A stretch of DNA of 64,000 nucleotides from a virus (taxonomy: Duplodnaviria; Heunggongvirae; Uroviricota; Caudoviricetes). The stretch is from IMG/VR virus record IMGVR_UViG_3300009614_000107. One strand, 5' to 3'. Positions within the stretch are counted from its first letter, which is position 1; every line of letters starts with the position of its first letter. This document shows, piece after piece, positions 35,989-45,786 of this stretch. Both the position numbers and the translations under genes were made by a program. Below the pieces are notes generated by a model, which was given only the letters and a program-made list of their open reading frames with translations, ran no database searches and was not told the origin of the DNA.

Positions 35989-36881
35989 GATGGGATAAAA
36001 TAGCACCAAAGACAACTTCCGAGTTGCTAGGAAATCCCAAGGCTCACGAGTCATTGATGAGATACGTTAAGGAACGTACTGCTGTATGTTTAGTCGGTGA
36101 TCCAGGCTCAGGAAAGACTACCGCAGCATATGTGGTGGCTCGTGAGTTAGGTTTGAATGTGATGGAGCTCAATGCTTCTGACGAGAGAACAAAGGAATCT
36201 TCCCTTCCAGAGTTTGTTGAACTCTGCCAACAAGTACCAATGACAGGAGAAGGACTTCTTTTCCTGTTAGATGAGGTAGATGGTATGGGTTCGGTTGATG
36301 GTAAGGGAGCCTGGGAGTATGTCAAAGATATTTTGAAGTACTCCAAACACGCTGTTGTGTTGACTTGTAATGATGATTATAAAATTCCTGCTACAGTGAA
36401 AGGTTTACTTGTAACTGTTAAGTTGATAAAACCCAATGTAAAAACTGTTGAAAAATATGCTGCTAAAATTGCAAAGGAAAATTTGCGTACAACTGCACCT
36501 ACAACTGATGAATTGACATCTGACTTTAGAAATGCTATTAATGTTGCACTATTTGGTGGAGAACCCTACAAAGAACAGAATACATACACATTGACACACA
36601 AGTTCTTCGTTGAAGGGGATGTGGAGAGGATTGATGATGTTCCTCTACCTTTCCTCTTTGACAATGCCCCAAACTATCTAAAGGGGTGGGACTTGTTCCA
36701 GTTTTACAGAGTACTCAGAATATCAGCTATTAGCAATCAAACTGGAGCACTGTCCTTATCCCCCAGAGGTTCTGGGACATATGCCAGATTCCCTGGCTAT
36801 ATGAGAATGCGATCTAGTCGCAAGAAGGGTGAGGATGATGTCGAATCAACAACAACAGACGAAAACGGGCAGAAGAGTTGA
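35985..36881 (+). CDS. rfcL: RFC large-subunit-like clamp-loader ATPase
   Basis: Walker A GDPGSGKTT, NASDERTKE, LDEVDGM; lacks SRC motif. Confidence 0.7.
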   Translation: MRWDKIAPKTTSELLGNPKAHESLMRYVKERTAVCLVGDPGSGKTTAAYVVARELGLNVMELNASDERTKESSLPEFVELCQQVPMTGEGLLFLLDEVDGMGSVDGKGAWEYVKDILKYSKHAVVLTCNDDYKIPATVKGLLVTVKLIKPNVKTVEKYAAKIAKENLRTTAPTTDELTSDFRNAINVALFGGEPYKEQNTYTLTHKFFVEGDVERIDDVPLPFLFDNAPNYLKGWDLFQFYRVLRISAISNQTGALSLSPRGSGTYARFPGYMRMRSSRKKGEDDVESTTTDENGQKS

Positions 36882-38322
36882 ACTAACTTCTTCTGGTTTG
36901 GTTAGAGAACTAACCGAGTTTATGCTAGATGGGGTAAACACCCATCCAGATTGGGTAGAAAGTTTGGCAGTAGCTTTAGTTGGTATGTTGGCTGGAAAGA
37001 ACAGGTATATGGTCAACAACCTTGGAAAGGTCAGGGCTAATCTATTCTTCATTATAGTTGGGGCTAGTGGACTCAGTATGAAGTCTGTGCCACTTATGAA
37101 GGTGGCTAGACCTATTCTGAAGAAACTTACTAAGGCTGTAAATGATGACGTACTGAAAGATGCTGGAATCAAGGAAGAGGAATTCCTAGCACGTAAGATG
37201 GCCAACAACAAGGCAGATGCTAAGGAGAGAGGAAAGGACGAGTGGAAAAAGGAGAAGGCTTGGCTTGATGAGTTGGAGAAAAGTATGGTTGATTTTGTCA
37301 CACCTACCAGCTTCACGTCAGAACTTCTCACAACATTCCTGAGCAAGCACCCACAGGGTTTAATCTGTGGTGACGAGTACACCAAGATGTTCAAGGGAAC
37401 TTTGAAGAAAGATTACCTTACAGACAATATGGAAGATCTCAGTCGAATGTATGACTGTGATATGGAGAAGAAGGGTACTCAGACTAGGGGAATCGAGAAC
37501 CCAGAGGATGCCTATGTTAGCTTTACTTCCGCTACTACATATTATCTTCTGACAATAATGACCGATGACTTTTTCCTACAGGGAACAGGTAATCGGATAC
37601 TCTGGATTCTTGATGAGGAACTTTATCCTATGGATATCGAGAAGGAAGAGGGTAAGTTCTTCTGGGACTTGAACAGGGAAACAGAGTTCAACAACAAGAT
37701 GGATGAACTGGTAATCAAGCTAATGAATGTTAGGTATCTCCCAGAAGGAATCATAATGCCTAACTATGCTGCTGGAATCATGCTGGATAGATATAGGATA
37801 GAGATGTATAATGAGGCTGTAAAGAAGTTCAATGAGGATATTCTGAATAAGGATGCTAACCTAATTTCCAGACTTGCACAGAACTCTATGAAGTTGGCTT
37901 TGGCACATGCTATTGGTAGATATGCTGTAGATGACCGTGGAACATATCACGATGTTACACAACTTGAGATTGTAGAAGAGGATGCTAAATGGGCAATTGA
38001 AAAGACCAGAAAACACTATGAATACTATAAGAGAATGTGGGAAGTTGCTTCAACAATTAAGATTGGTACTATGAAGAATTACAAGGCTGACCAAGAACGT
38101 GTACTATTCATAATGGATAAGATAGAGAGTCAGGGAAAGCATATGACAACAGCCAATCTCAGAAAACACACTGGTTGGGATAAGGCAGAATGTCAGAAGT
38201 TGCTGGATACTATGGTTTCGAATGGTCAGTTAAAGTACCTTGAAGGACTGTCTGGTATTCATAAATATGGATATTATACACACAGTACTGAAGAGGATCC
38301 TCAAGATCAAAAGACTGTGTGA
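36829..38322 (+). CDS. hypothetical protein (497 aa) with degenerate P-loop-like segment
   Basis: VGASGLSMKS; no confident family. Confidence 0.5.
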   Translation: MRMMSNQQQQTKTGRRVELTSSGLVRELTEFMLDGVNTHPDWVESLAVALVGMLAGKNRYMVNNLGKVRANLFFIIVGASGLSMKSVPLMKVARPILKKLTKAVNDDVLKDAGIKEEEFLARKMANNKADAKERGKDEWKKEKAWLDELEKSMVDFVTPTSFTSELLTTFLSKHPQGLICGDEYTKMFKGTLKKDYLTDNMEDLSRMYDCDMEKKGTQTRGIENPEDAYVSFTSATTYYLLTIMTDDFFLQGTGNRILWILDEELYPMDIEKEEGKFFWDLNRETEFNNKMDELVIKLMNVRYLPEGIIMPNYAAGIMLDRYRIEMYNEAVKKFNEDILNKDANLISRLAQNSMKLALAHAIGRYAVDDRGTYHDVTQLEIVEEDAKWAIEKTRKHYEYYKRMWEVASTIKIGTMKNYKADQERVLFIMDKIESQGKHMTTANLRKHTGWDKAECQKLLDTMVSNGQLKYLEGLSGIHKYGYYTHSTEEDPQDQKTV

Positions 38323-38398
38323 TATGAGCTTTGATTATAATATATATTGGATTATAAAGAGCGAAAGATCGCTCTTCGCTTTTATCGCTTTTCGCTTT

Positions 38399-38935
38399 TC
38401 ATTTTCTAAGAAGGCTATATCCTTCATATAACTTTGGATATAATTTATAATCATAGATTAGAACTGCTGGATGTAATAATGGTAAAATAACTCGTCCTTC
38501 CCAGAAGAAGGCATTACCGTGTTCCATTGAGATTGATGCTCCTGGCTTGAAGAATTGAAGGGCAGAATTTCCAAGAGGTGCGATCTTCTGAGGGTTGACC
38601 ATATTTATTTCCATCCGAAGATAAGGAGAACAAGTTTGAATTTCTATTGGAACAGGTGCTCGATTCTTGTTACCATCTGTCGGTCTGCATTTAACAATGT
38701 TTGTTATAAAAAGATCAGACCTTTTTATGCCTATATCCTTTAGAAGTCTATCAAGCATCTGTCCAGCTTTACCAACAAATGGCAGTCCCTGAAGATCCTC
38801 ATCTTTTCCAGGTGCTTCACCAACAAGCATTGTTTTTGCTTGAGGGTTCCCAACTCCTATACAAACGTGATGTCTGTGAATTTTGATATCAGTTGGACAT
38901 CTTTTGCAGTCTATCTCGATACCGTTGATAGACAT
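38399..38935 (-). CDS. uracil-DNA glycosylase, family 4
   Basis: GEAPGKDEDLQGLPFVGKAGQMLDRLL and C-terminal LLHPAVL; N-terminal Cys. Confidence 0.8.
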   Translation of the reverse strand: MSINGIEIDCKRCPTDIKIHRHHVCIGVGNPQAKTMLVGEAPGKDEDLQGLPFVGKAGQMLDRLLKDIGIKRSDLFITNIVKCRPTDGNKNRAPVPIEIQTCSPYLRMEINMVNPQKIAPLGNSALQFFKPGASISMEHGNAFFWEGRVILPLLHPAVLIYDYKLYPKLYEGYSLLRK

Positions 38936-39180
38936 TTTCTAGTCCTCTTCTCGGTATCTATCTCCTTTCTTGTCTTTATGGCTAATTCGACTGCACACTC
39001 TTCACAATATAGTTTTCTCAAACCGTGGCTAACTTTGCTTATTGCATAGTCACCCTGTTTGAATGTGACCATATTTGTGCAATTTGGGTTGGCGCATTTT
39101 AACACTTCTTCACCACCCTTCAGACCTATTCTCTTTGCCGTGATATAAATTACTACAGTGTTCTTACCCATCAGTATCAT
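38911..39180 (-). CDS. zinc-ribbon protein
   Basis: CANPNC...CEEC. Confidence 0.4.
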   Translation of the reverse strand: MILMGKNTVVIYITAKRIGLKGGEEVLKCANPNCTNMVTFKQGDYAISKVSHGLRKLYCEECAVELAIKTRKEIDTEKRTRKCLSTVSR

Positions 39181-39748
39181 CTCCGATTTGGACTTGGTTT
39201 GTTTCCAGTGGAGTCCAATTGAACACTGGTGCTGTTTGCATATTAAAGCCTATGCCTTTTTCGTAAATATACCATAGCGGAATGTCAGCCCACACCGCCT
39301 TCTCCGAAACCTTGGCCACCCACTCATCTACATCTTCCTTGCTTAAAAGGAAGTAGGTATAGGGATGATGCTTGATTCTGACTTCAACAATCATACAGAG
39401 ATTTGCTATCCTACCACGAGCAAATTCTTTCAATCCAAACCATCCAGCCTTGTTGAGATGTGTATTTCCTACTTTTCAAATCTTCATACCTTTTACATTT
39501 TTATCTACACTGAAAGGTAGCATTGTTTTAACTTCTATAACCATCCTTCCAAGAGAAGTTACCAGATATATATCTGGGTGTCCACCCTGACCAGTTGTGG
39601 TTTGAATGGAATCTTCACCAAAGTAATGAGCCAGAATCATTTTGACATTCTCCTCACCTTGGTTTCCAATTTCCTCTCGCTCATCCCTTCCGTACATACC
39701 ATTCATCTCTTGTAAACATTGTAAAACTGTAACCGAAGTCACAATCAT
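39164..39748 (-). pseudogene. Hjc-like Holliday-junction resolvase (PD-(D/E)xK) interrupted by one in-frame TGA at 39476-39478
   Basis: ORFs 39476..39748 and 39164..39433 are in the same frame separated only by TGA; N-part GQGGHPDIYLV...MVIEVKT matches Hjc GS..PDL.A...IEVK core. Confidence 0.45.
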
Positions 39749-40022
39749 AGTATTGAATCATATAGTCGTGTTCTTTGGCGTATTGATTGATCCAGCTCCT
39801 AAGAGGAACAAAATGTACAGGTTTGACTCCTTGGTAGTATTCAAACCATTTCTTGAATCCTTCGCTACATTTCTTCTTAGTGTTTAGGTAGTTCTTACCA
39901 ATAAGAAAAGTAAAATATTCACCTATATGATGTGTTGATAATCTCCTATCTGACCTATTAATTAAATCCAGCCATTTGTTGAGATTATTATGATCTGGAA
40001 CATAGAGTTGCAACATTATCAC
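39681..40022 (-). CDS. hypothetical protein
   Basis: ORF; 3' end overlaps Hjc-like N-terminus in another frame. Confidence 0.35.
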   Translation of the reverse strand: MIMLQLYVPDHNNLNKWLDLINRSDRRLSTHHIGEYFTFLIGKNYLNTKKKCSEGFKKWFEYYQGVKPVHFVPLRSWINQYAKEHDYMIQYYDCDFGYSFTMFTRDEWYVRKG

Positions 40023-40198
40023 CTATGATATACACGGATTTCTGCAAGGCTGTAGACATCGGCTTGAAAGCCTCTGAGCAAGAGCCTGTTGGGGAAACTG
40101 ATGTAAAGCCAACAGGGAGACCAGGGGAAGAACTAACCCTACTCTACAGAAGAGTATGCCCATTTCGGATGTCCCTTGCCTCTTACAGTCCGTAATTA

Positions 40199-40750
40199 TC
40201 ACACCTGTTGTTGTGTCTCTTTTGGCTTGTTTTTACTACCTTTTGGTCTGCCACCGCCTCTCTTTTTCTGAACTGGAGATACTACTTGTTCTTGTTCCTG
40301 TGGCTGTTCTTGTTCCTGTTCCTCTGGTTGTGTCTGTTTCTCTGGTGGTGTTTGATGAGTACTCACGAATATTGGCTTTTTTCCTTTTCTCTTCAAGGCA
40401 CTTGGAATCTTGAGCTTTTCTTGTGGTTTTTGCATTGATTGAAACTGTGGTTTCTTGTGTCTGTCTGGCTTACTTAACCTAACATATGCGTCCCAATATG
40501 TCCAAGTTGAGACAATTGTAATTAGCACAAATAAGATGAATGTTCCAATAACTGTAGCATCTCTATTTTGATAAATGAAATCAAGACCAGATATTGGTTC
40601 CATCTTATCTAAGGCAAAGTAAACCATAACAAAGAATGTCCAACTAAAGAACACTGCAAATAGGTTTATCAGGAATAGTATCCCTTGGCTACCAACTAGG
40701 CTTCTAAGTGCCTTAGAAAACCAAGTTGTGAACTTTTCTCTTTGCATCAT
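40199..40750 (-). CDS. membrane protein with QEQ-repeat and AT-hook-like C-terminus
   Basis: three TM; ...KKRGGGRPKGSKNKPK. Confidence 0.45.
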   Translation of the reverse strand: MMQREKFTTWFSKALRSLVGSQGILFLINLFAVFFSWTFFVMVYFALDKMEPISGLDFIYQNRDATVIGTFILFVLITIVSTWTYWDAYVRLSKPDRHKKPQFQSMQKPQEKLKIPSALKRKGKKPIFVSTHQTPPEKQTQPEEQEQEQPQEQEQVVSPVQKKRGGGRPKGSKNKPKETQQQV

Positions 40751-40793
40751 TAATACACTCTCTTCATTTGGTCGCTTATACTATGTCTATGCG

Positions 40794-40805
40794 TTTATAA
40801 ATATT
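40794..40805. promoter_or_regulatory. TTTATAAATATT promoter-like element
   Basis: about 45 nt upstream of minus gene start 40750. Confidence 0.5.
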
Positions 40806-40870
40806 GTGGTTGGGTATCTATACAATAAACGAACACTATATGATAATTCTATTTATATTATACCACATAT

Positions 40871-43147
40871 ATGTGTGTAACGAGCGCATTGTCTAGTAAA
40901 TATCTCCACTTACTAGTTATACTTATAATTTTAATACCGATGATACCAAAGGCAAACGCAAGTTTATCCAAACCATATATTGATGGTATGACAATTGAAA
41001 ATATTAATGGAGAACCATTGAATCTATATGGGGTGAATATACGTGACAACTACCAAGAAAAGGACATTAAATGGCTATCAGATAATGGGTATAATGCAAT
41101 AAGAGTCACAATTCTATGGCAAACAATCGAGCCAACAGAAGGTGTACTGGATTGGAGTGGGTTAGACAACACAGTACAATGGGCTGAAAAATATCACATT
41201 TATGTACAGTTAGATTTTCACCAGTGGCAATATAGTAATTATTTTCATTGGGACAGTATGGGAACAGGTTGTGGATTTCCAGCTTGGATTGTTAGTGCTG
41301 GAGGATACACAAACGATGAGGCTGGACAGCAAGCCTTCTCAGATGATTTTTTCCTCAAACGTGGTTATGGTGCAGTAGTCTGGGATAAATATGAAAACTT
41401 CATATTGCAAATTGTCACCAGATATAAAGATTATCAAAATGTGTGGGCATATGAACCAATTAATGAACCAATGGTTGGTTCACCACATATTGATGATGCA
41501 AGAGTTGCCTGTAATGCTAGATATACAGAATTGATACAGGCAATCAGAGCAATCGACCCTGAAACGATAATTGTGTTACATTATATTGATTCTGGTTTCA
41601 ATCAAAAACAGGATTTTCCAAACATTGCCTGGACAAAGAGTGCATATAGTGAATATGGTGTTGGAACAACAAAATCTCAGATTGATAAATATCTAACAAA
41701 CCGTGAAGCAGAGTTCAATATTGTAATGGATGTTCCTTGGATAATTAGTGAAACTGGGTCGATGCCAGCTATGAAAGATTCGGCTGAGTATTTCCTAACA
41801 ACATTATTGACTGACTACAAATCAATGTTAAACAATGGTCAATCTGTTTGGTATATCTGGGATTATGGATATGGTATAACTGGTGGTTATGTAAGCCCAA
41901 GAAATGCAGACGGCAGTGATAGTTGGATACAGCCAATACTAGCTAATATTATTAATTCAATTACTCCACCAAAAACAATAACACAAGTAGACACATCATC
42001 TTGGACAGGATTTGCAATGTCTGTCGAGAATCGTGAAAACTTGGATATGTGGACTTCTGCTTTAGACAAAGGCTCAAAATGGGGATTTACTGTAATTCGT
42101 GTACCATTTCTATTTCCAATAGACTATGCTAATATGGATCAGATACTTGCCCTTATTGACCAGCACGGTGCAAAGGCAATTTTAGATTTCCATTGTTTGG
42201 TTCAATATCCAGCAGCAAATAAGATTGGCACTGTTGGATTCATATCAGATTGGGTGGAAGTAGTCAACCATTATAAGAATGACACTAGAGTTCTTGGCTG
42301 GGAAATTGCCAATGAACCTGATCCAACACAATGGGATACATCAATAGTTACTTCTTATGATCATATCAAAGCATTAACAGATGTTGTTGATGCTATCAGA
42401 GCAATCGATCCAAGTAGAGTGATCATTTGGCCACCATCTTCTTTTTGGGGAGATACTAACATCCCACAAGGACTTATACGGGATAATATTGTTCTTTCAA
42501 CACATCCATATAGTTACGGTGATAAGAGTACTTGGGCAGAATTAAAAGTAATAGCAGACTACAGAATATCACAAATTGCAAAATATGAAAACCAATTTAG
42601 TGGTGTTTGGGTTGGTGAAATTGAATGCCATCCAGGTGGAGCAACTAATCCAGAATTGGAAAAACAATATGTTGTCTATATGTTGAGTTGGTCACTCAGT
42701 AATGGACACGGATTTAATTATTGGAAATATGGAAATACATATGATGATGGTGGACAAAATCCAGATGAAATCATTAGTTTAGCATATGCAGATTCTGGAA
42801 TATCATTACCCGTCACAACAACTGCCATATCAACAGTTTCTATGATAACAACGACTGTAGAAGAAACATATACAAAAGAGCCAATTGTTACTTCCAAAAT
42901 ATCACAAAGAAATAATTTGAATCAGAATAATCAAAATAATGCCCCTGTAGATTCTCCACCTGTAGATCCACCATTAGATACTAGTATTGGTGCTATGGGA
43001 CAGATTATAGAATTTGTGATTATTGCATTTGGAATATCATTTTTGATAGCAATAGTCAATGGTGGAACAATAGAAGGAAGAAGTTTGATTGGAATGGTAA
43101 TTGGACTTACAATAGTTATGTTTATCTTAGTTTTGATAAATAAATAA
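40871..43147 (+). CDS. secreted tandem glycoside hydrolase family 5 protein with C-terminal membrane anchor
   Basis: signal peptide; two GH5 domains with catalytic NEP motifs (YEPINEP, WEIANEP); Thr-rich linker, NQ tract, C-terminal TM. Confidence 0.7.
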   Translation: MCVTSALSSKYLHLLVILIILIPMIPKANASLSKPYIDGMTIENINGEPLNLYGVNIRDNYQEKDIKWLSDNGYNAIRVTILWQTIEPTEGVLDWSGLDNTVQWAEKYHIYVQLDFHQWQYSNYFHWDSMGTGCGFPAWIVSAGGYTNDEAGQQAFSDDFFLKRGYGAVVWDKYENFILQIVTRYKDYQNVWAYEPINEPMVGSPHIDDARVACNARYTELIQAIRAIDPETIIVLHYIDSGFNQKQDFPNIAWTKSAYSEYGVGTTKSQIDKYLTNREAEFNIVMDVPWIISETGSMPAMKDSAEYFLTTLLTDYKSMLNNGQSVWYIWDYGYGITGGYVSPRNADGSDSWIQPILANIINSITPPKTITQVDTSSWTGFAMSVENRENLDMWTSALDKGSKWGFTVIRVPFLFPIDYANMDQILALIDQHGAKAILDFHCLVQYPAANKIGTVGFISDWVEVVNHYKNDTRVLGWEIANEPDPTQWDTSIVTSYDHIKALTDVVDAIRAIDPSRVIIWPPSSFWGDTNIPQGLIRDNIVLSTHPYSYGDKSTWAELKVIADYRISQIAKYENQFSGVWVGEIECHPGGATNPELEKQYVVYMLSWSLSNGHGFNYWKYGNTYDDGGQNPDEIISLAYADSGISLPVTTTAISTVSMITTTVEETYTKEPIVTSKISQRNNLNQNNQNNAPVDSPPVDPPLDTSIGAMGQIIEFVIIAFGISFLIAIVNGGTIEGRSLIGMVIGLTIVMFILVLINK

Positions 43148-43152
43148 AAAAA

Positions 43153-43410
43153 TTAGATTTTTCCTTCTATTTCAAGTCTAATCTGCTTCGCAATTCGGAC
43201 AGCTTTAGTCTTTGTTATTCCTTTTCTTTTGCGAATAAGCACCGACTGTACTTTCCAGACACCCTTAGTTGTTTTCCCAACAACAACTTCTGAACCTCTT
43301 ACCTTACTGTTTGCAACTAACTTTGCCCACTCTGGTGTCCTGAACATAGTAAACTGTCCAGGTGGTCGCTGTCGAACTCTAAAGTAGTTTGTCGTTTCTT
43401 CTACTGGCAT
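43153..43410 (-). CDS. small basic hypothetical protein
   Basis: 85 aa. Confidence 0.4.
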   Translation of the reverse strand: MPVEETTNYFRVRQRPPGQFTMFRTPEWAKLVANSKVRGSEVVVGKTTKGVWKVQSVLIRKRKGITKTKAVRIAKQIRLEIEGKI

Positions 43411-43542
43411 TTTTTTTCACCTCCTACATAACTGGTGGATATTTCTTAATATTCTGTCTTTGTTTCTTCTTCCATTCTGGAAGTTTTGAGAGTTTATTTT
43501 TTGTACCGCTTGACCGTTTATCTTTTTTAACTTTCTTTCCCA

Positions 43543-44235
43543 TTAATCCTCAACCTTCTTCAATAGTTCGTAATAATCTGGTTTTTCTTTCAAGTGCGCC
43601 CAAGCTATCTTAGCTGTAAGCACAGGATCATTGTGTGTAACATCTGTCTGTGGATCTTGGATTCCGTGTTCGTTCTCGACATTCATTCCCTGAGCGAATG
43701 TCTCTGCTGTGAACGGTGATTTAGTCCACTCAATACCAACCATTCTGCCTATCTCTCTGGCCATTTTGGAATTGTAATGTCTCTTTGTTGTGAATCTTGA
43801 TTTAAACTTGTTACGCCACTTTAACTCCTCTTCATTGGCGTGAAAGTGAGCGACTTCGTATGGTTCCTTGAGATCTCTCATCCTCTTGGCTTCAACAGTT
43901 TCGTGAATTTTGAGTGCTTCGAAGTCAAAAGGTGCAAGATCATCATCTATCCAAACTTCACCCTTTGGAATGTAGCCATCTCCAGCATAGCAGTGATTAC
44001 CCATAGTGAATGATATGTCAATTTTATCTCTAACGTAAGAGCCATTTACACCATAGATTTTAAATCCGTTCAGAGAACCACGATAAATCTTTCTAAGTCC
44101 AGGTGCTTCGAGATGACTTGTGGTTAGTGGTTTCTGGTGCTGTGGTTTGAATACACCACGTGCATATGAATGAACTGTATGTCCTTCTCTATTGTATCCT
44201 CTTACAACGTGACGTTTTGGGGGTTGTCTTGCCAA
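43543..44235 (-). CDS. hypothetical protein
   Basis: 230 aa. Confidence 0.45.
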   Translation of the reverse strand: MARQPPKRHVVRGYNREGHTVHSYARGVFKPQHQKPLTTSHLEAPGLRKIYRGSLNGFKIYGVNGSYVRDKIDISFTMGNHCYAGDGYIPKGEVWIDDDLAPFDFEALKIHETVEAKRMRDLKEPYEVAHFHANEEELKWRNKFKSRFTTKRHYNSKMAREIGRMVGIEWTKSPFTAETFAQGMNVENEHGIQDPQTDVTHNDPVLTAKIAWAHLKEKPDYYELLKKVED

Positions 44236-44326
44236 GCTGAAACACCTTAGTGTATGATAATTCCCTCCTTAGAATAAAAAAGTTATGATAAATATTTAAT
44301 ACTCGATTATATATGATTATAATGAC

Positions 44327-44500
44327 TTGGGCAAGAAAAGAAAGGCTGAGAACAATTATACAACTGTGCGTGTCAGTAAAGATTTTGTTGATAAGGTTGC
44401 CAAGCTCAGAATCACAGAATCTTTTGAGGATACGCTTAGAAGGATTCTTAACTGGGAACCTCTAAAAAAACAGTCCTCTGAGGTATCCGATAGCAAGTGA
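44327..44500 (+). CDS. possible ribbon-helix-helix (CopG/Arc-like) small regulator (57 aa, TTG start)
   Basis: NNYTTVRVSKDFVDKVAKLRITESFEDTLRRIL beta-alpha-alpha pattern; AATATTTA(A)TA-like element 25-35 nt upstream; overlaps 3' end of convergent GT2 gene by 39 nt. Confidence 0.3.
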   Translation: MGKKRKAENNYTTVRVSKDFVDKVAKLRITESFEDTLRRILNWEPLKKQSSEVSDSK

Positions 44501-45397
44501 TAATTGCATTATTGTAAATGCAACGGTTTCTTCTGGTAGCAACTCTAGAATAAGAATGTATGATGAAATTCCTATTATTCCTAGTGCTGGGAACATATAG
44601 AAGATAATTGGAGCAAGAATTAACAGTAAAATTAAAGCAATCGAAGGTATTGCCCTAGATAACTTGAAGATATGCTTGACTCTGAGTAGTCTACCCCAGC
44701 TCCAACCATACCCATTCATTTGTTTTTGGAATGCCTTGTATGTCACTCTTTCCTTGTGAACAACTGGAACGGCTGGTACACCAAGCAAACAATATCCTGC
44801 ATTTCTGAGTCTATTGTTGAGCTCCCAATCCTCACATCCACCAATTTCCTCTGAGAATCCACCAACTTTTCGGATTGCATCTGCTTTGTAGACAGCATTG
44901 TAGCCAGGAACACTGTTGACATAGACGGTGTTTGTGTACTTCCTAGAATGGTTTGATGCTATTTTCATAACATTGCTTTTTGCTCTGGAAAGACTTGTTG
45001 ATGTGTCTGGTTCACAGCCAGATGTTATGGCTGCAACTGGAATGAATTGTGTGGTTTTTGGGTCAACAACTGGAGATCTATAAATTTCCATTAAGTTCTC
45101 CATTTCTTCAGCCCAAGTCTCTGGGATTACTGTATCACTATCTAGGAACCCAACGAACTCAGATGTTACGTGTCTCAAACCTTCATTACAGGCCACTGCT
45201 CTTTTGCTACCTTTGAAATTTGTTTTTGGCTCTTCTAGGATAGTACAACCAAAGGCTTTTGCTATATCTTTTGTCTCATCTGATGAGTTGGCATCTACGA
45301 TAATGACATGCACTGGATTGGTTTGTTTTGAGAGGGATAATAGACAGGGTTCTAACACAGGAGCACTGTTTCGAGTGGGAATTATAACATCCATCAA
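44462..45397 (-). CDS. glycosyltransferase family 2
   Basis: MMDVIIPTRNSAPVL...IIVDANSSDET GT-A signature; C-terminal TM helices. Confidence 0.75.
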   Translation of the reverse strand: MMDVIIPTRNSAPVLEPCLLSLSKQTNPVHVIIVDANSSDETKDIAKAFGCTILEEPKTNFKGSKRAVACNEGLRHVTSEFVGFLDSDTVIPETWAEEMENLMEIYRSPVVDPKTTQFIPVAAITSGCEPDTSTSLSRAKSNVMKIASNHSRKYTNTVYVNSVPGYNAVYKADAIRKVGGFSEEIGGCEDWELNNRLRNAGYCLLGVPAVPVVHKERVTYKAFQKQMNGYGWSWGRLLRVKHIFKLSRAIPSIALILLLILAPIIFYMFPALGIIGISSYILILELLPEETVAFTIMQLSLAIGYLRGLFF

Positions 45398-45786
45398 AAT
45401 TCATTTCTCCAGTTCTTGATTCTGTAAATTAGGCTGAAACTTGCAGCACCTGGATACCCATTTGATATTGCGTCAAAGAGCATATGTACGATAAGCCCAT
45501 TCACAAACGCACCGATAAGCATTGGTGAAATTGGCATTAGTAATATAGAAAAAATTATGGCTTCATAGCTATGAAATGGTAAGATAAAATGGTGGTAAGG
45601 AGCTAAAGTCTCTGAGAGTTCTGTGACACTTAGAGTAAATCGTTTCTTTCTCAGGAAGAAATCGACTTGATGATCAAAGTCCACAAGAACAGCACCTAAT
45701 AGAAATGGGATGATTAATGTTGGTGTCCAAATGAAACCGAACATAATCAGAAAGATGACCGATACAAAGAAATGATATTTTGCCAT
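45394..45786 (-). CDS. membrane protein
   Basis: start trimmed to internal Met to remove overlap. Confidence 0.35.
   Translation of the reverse strand: MAKYHFFVSVIFLIMFGFIWTPTLIIPFLLGAVLVDFDHQVDFFLRKKRFTLSVTELSETLAPYHHFILPFHSYEAIIFSILLMPISPMLIGAFVNGLIVHMLFDAISNGYPGAASFSLIYRIKNWRNEF

Noticed and set aside
36846-37394. 182-aa minus-strand ORF opposite the start of 36829..38322
   Set aside because: Antisense to a 497-aa plus-strand gene within a co-directional plus-strand block; Ser/Leu-rich shadow ORF.
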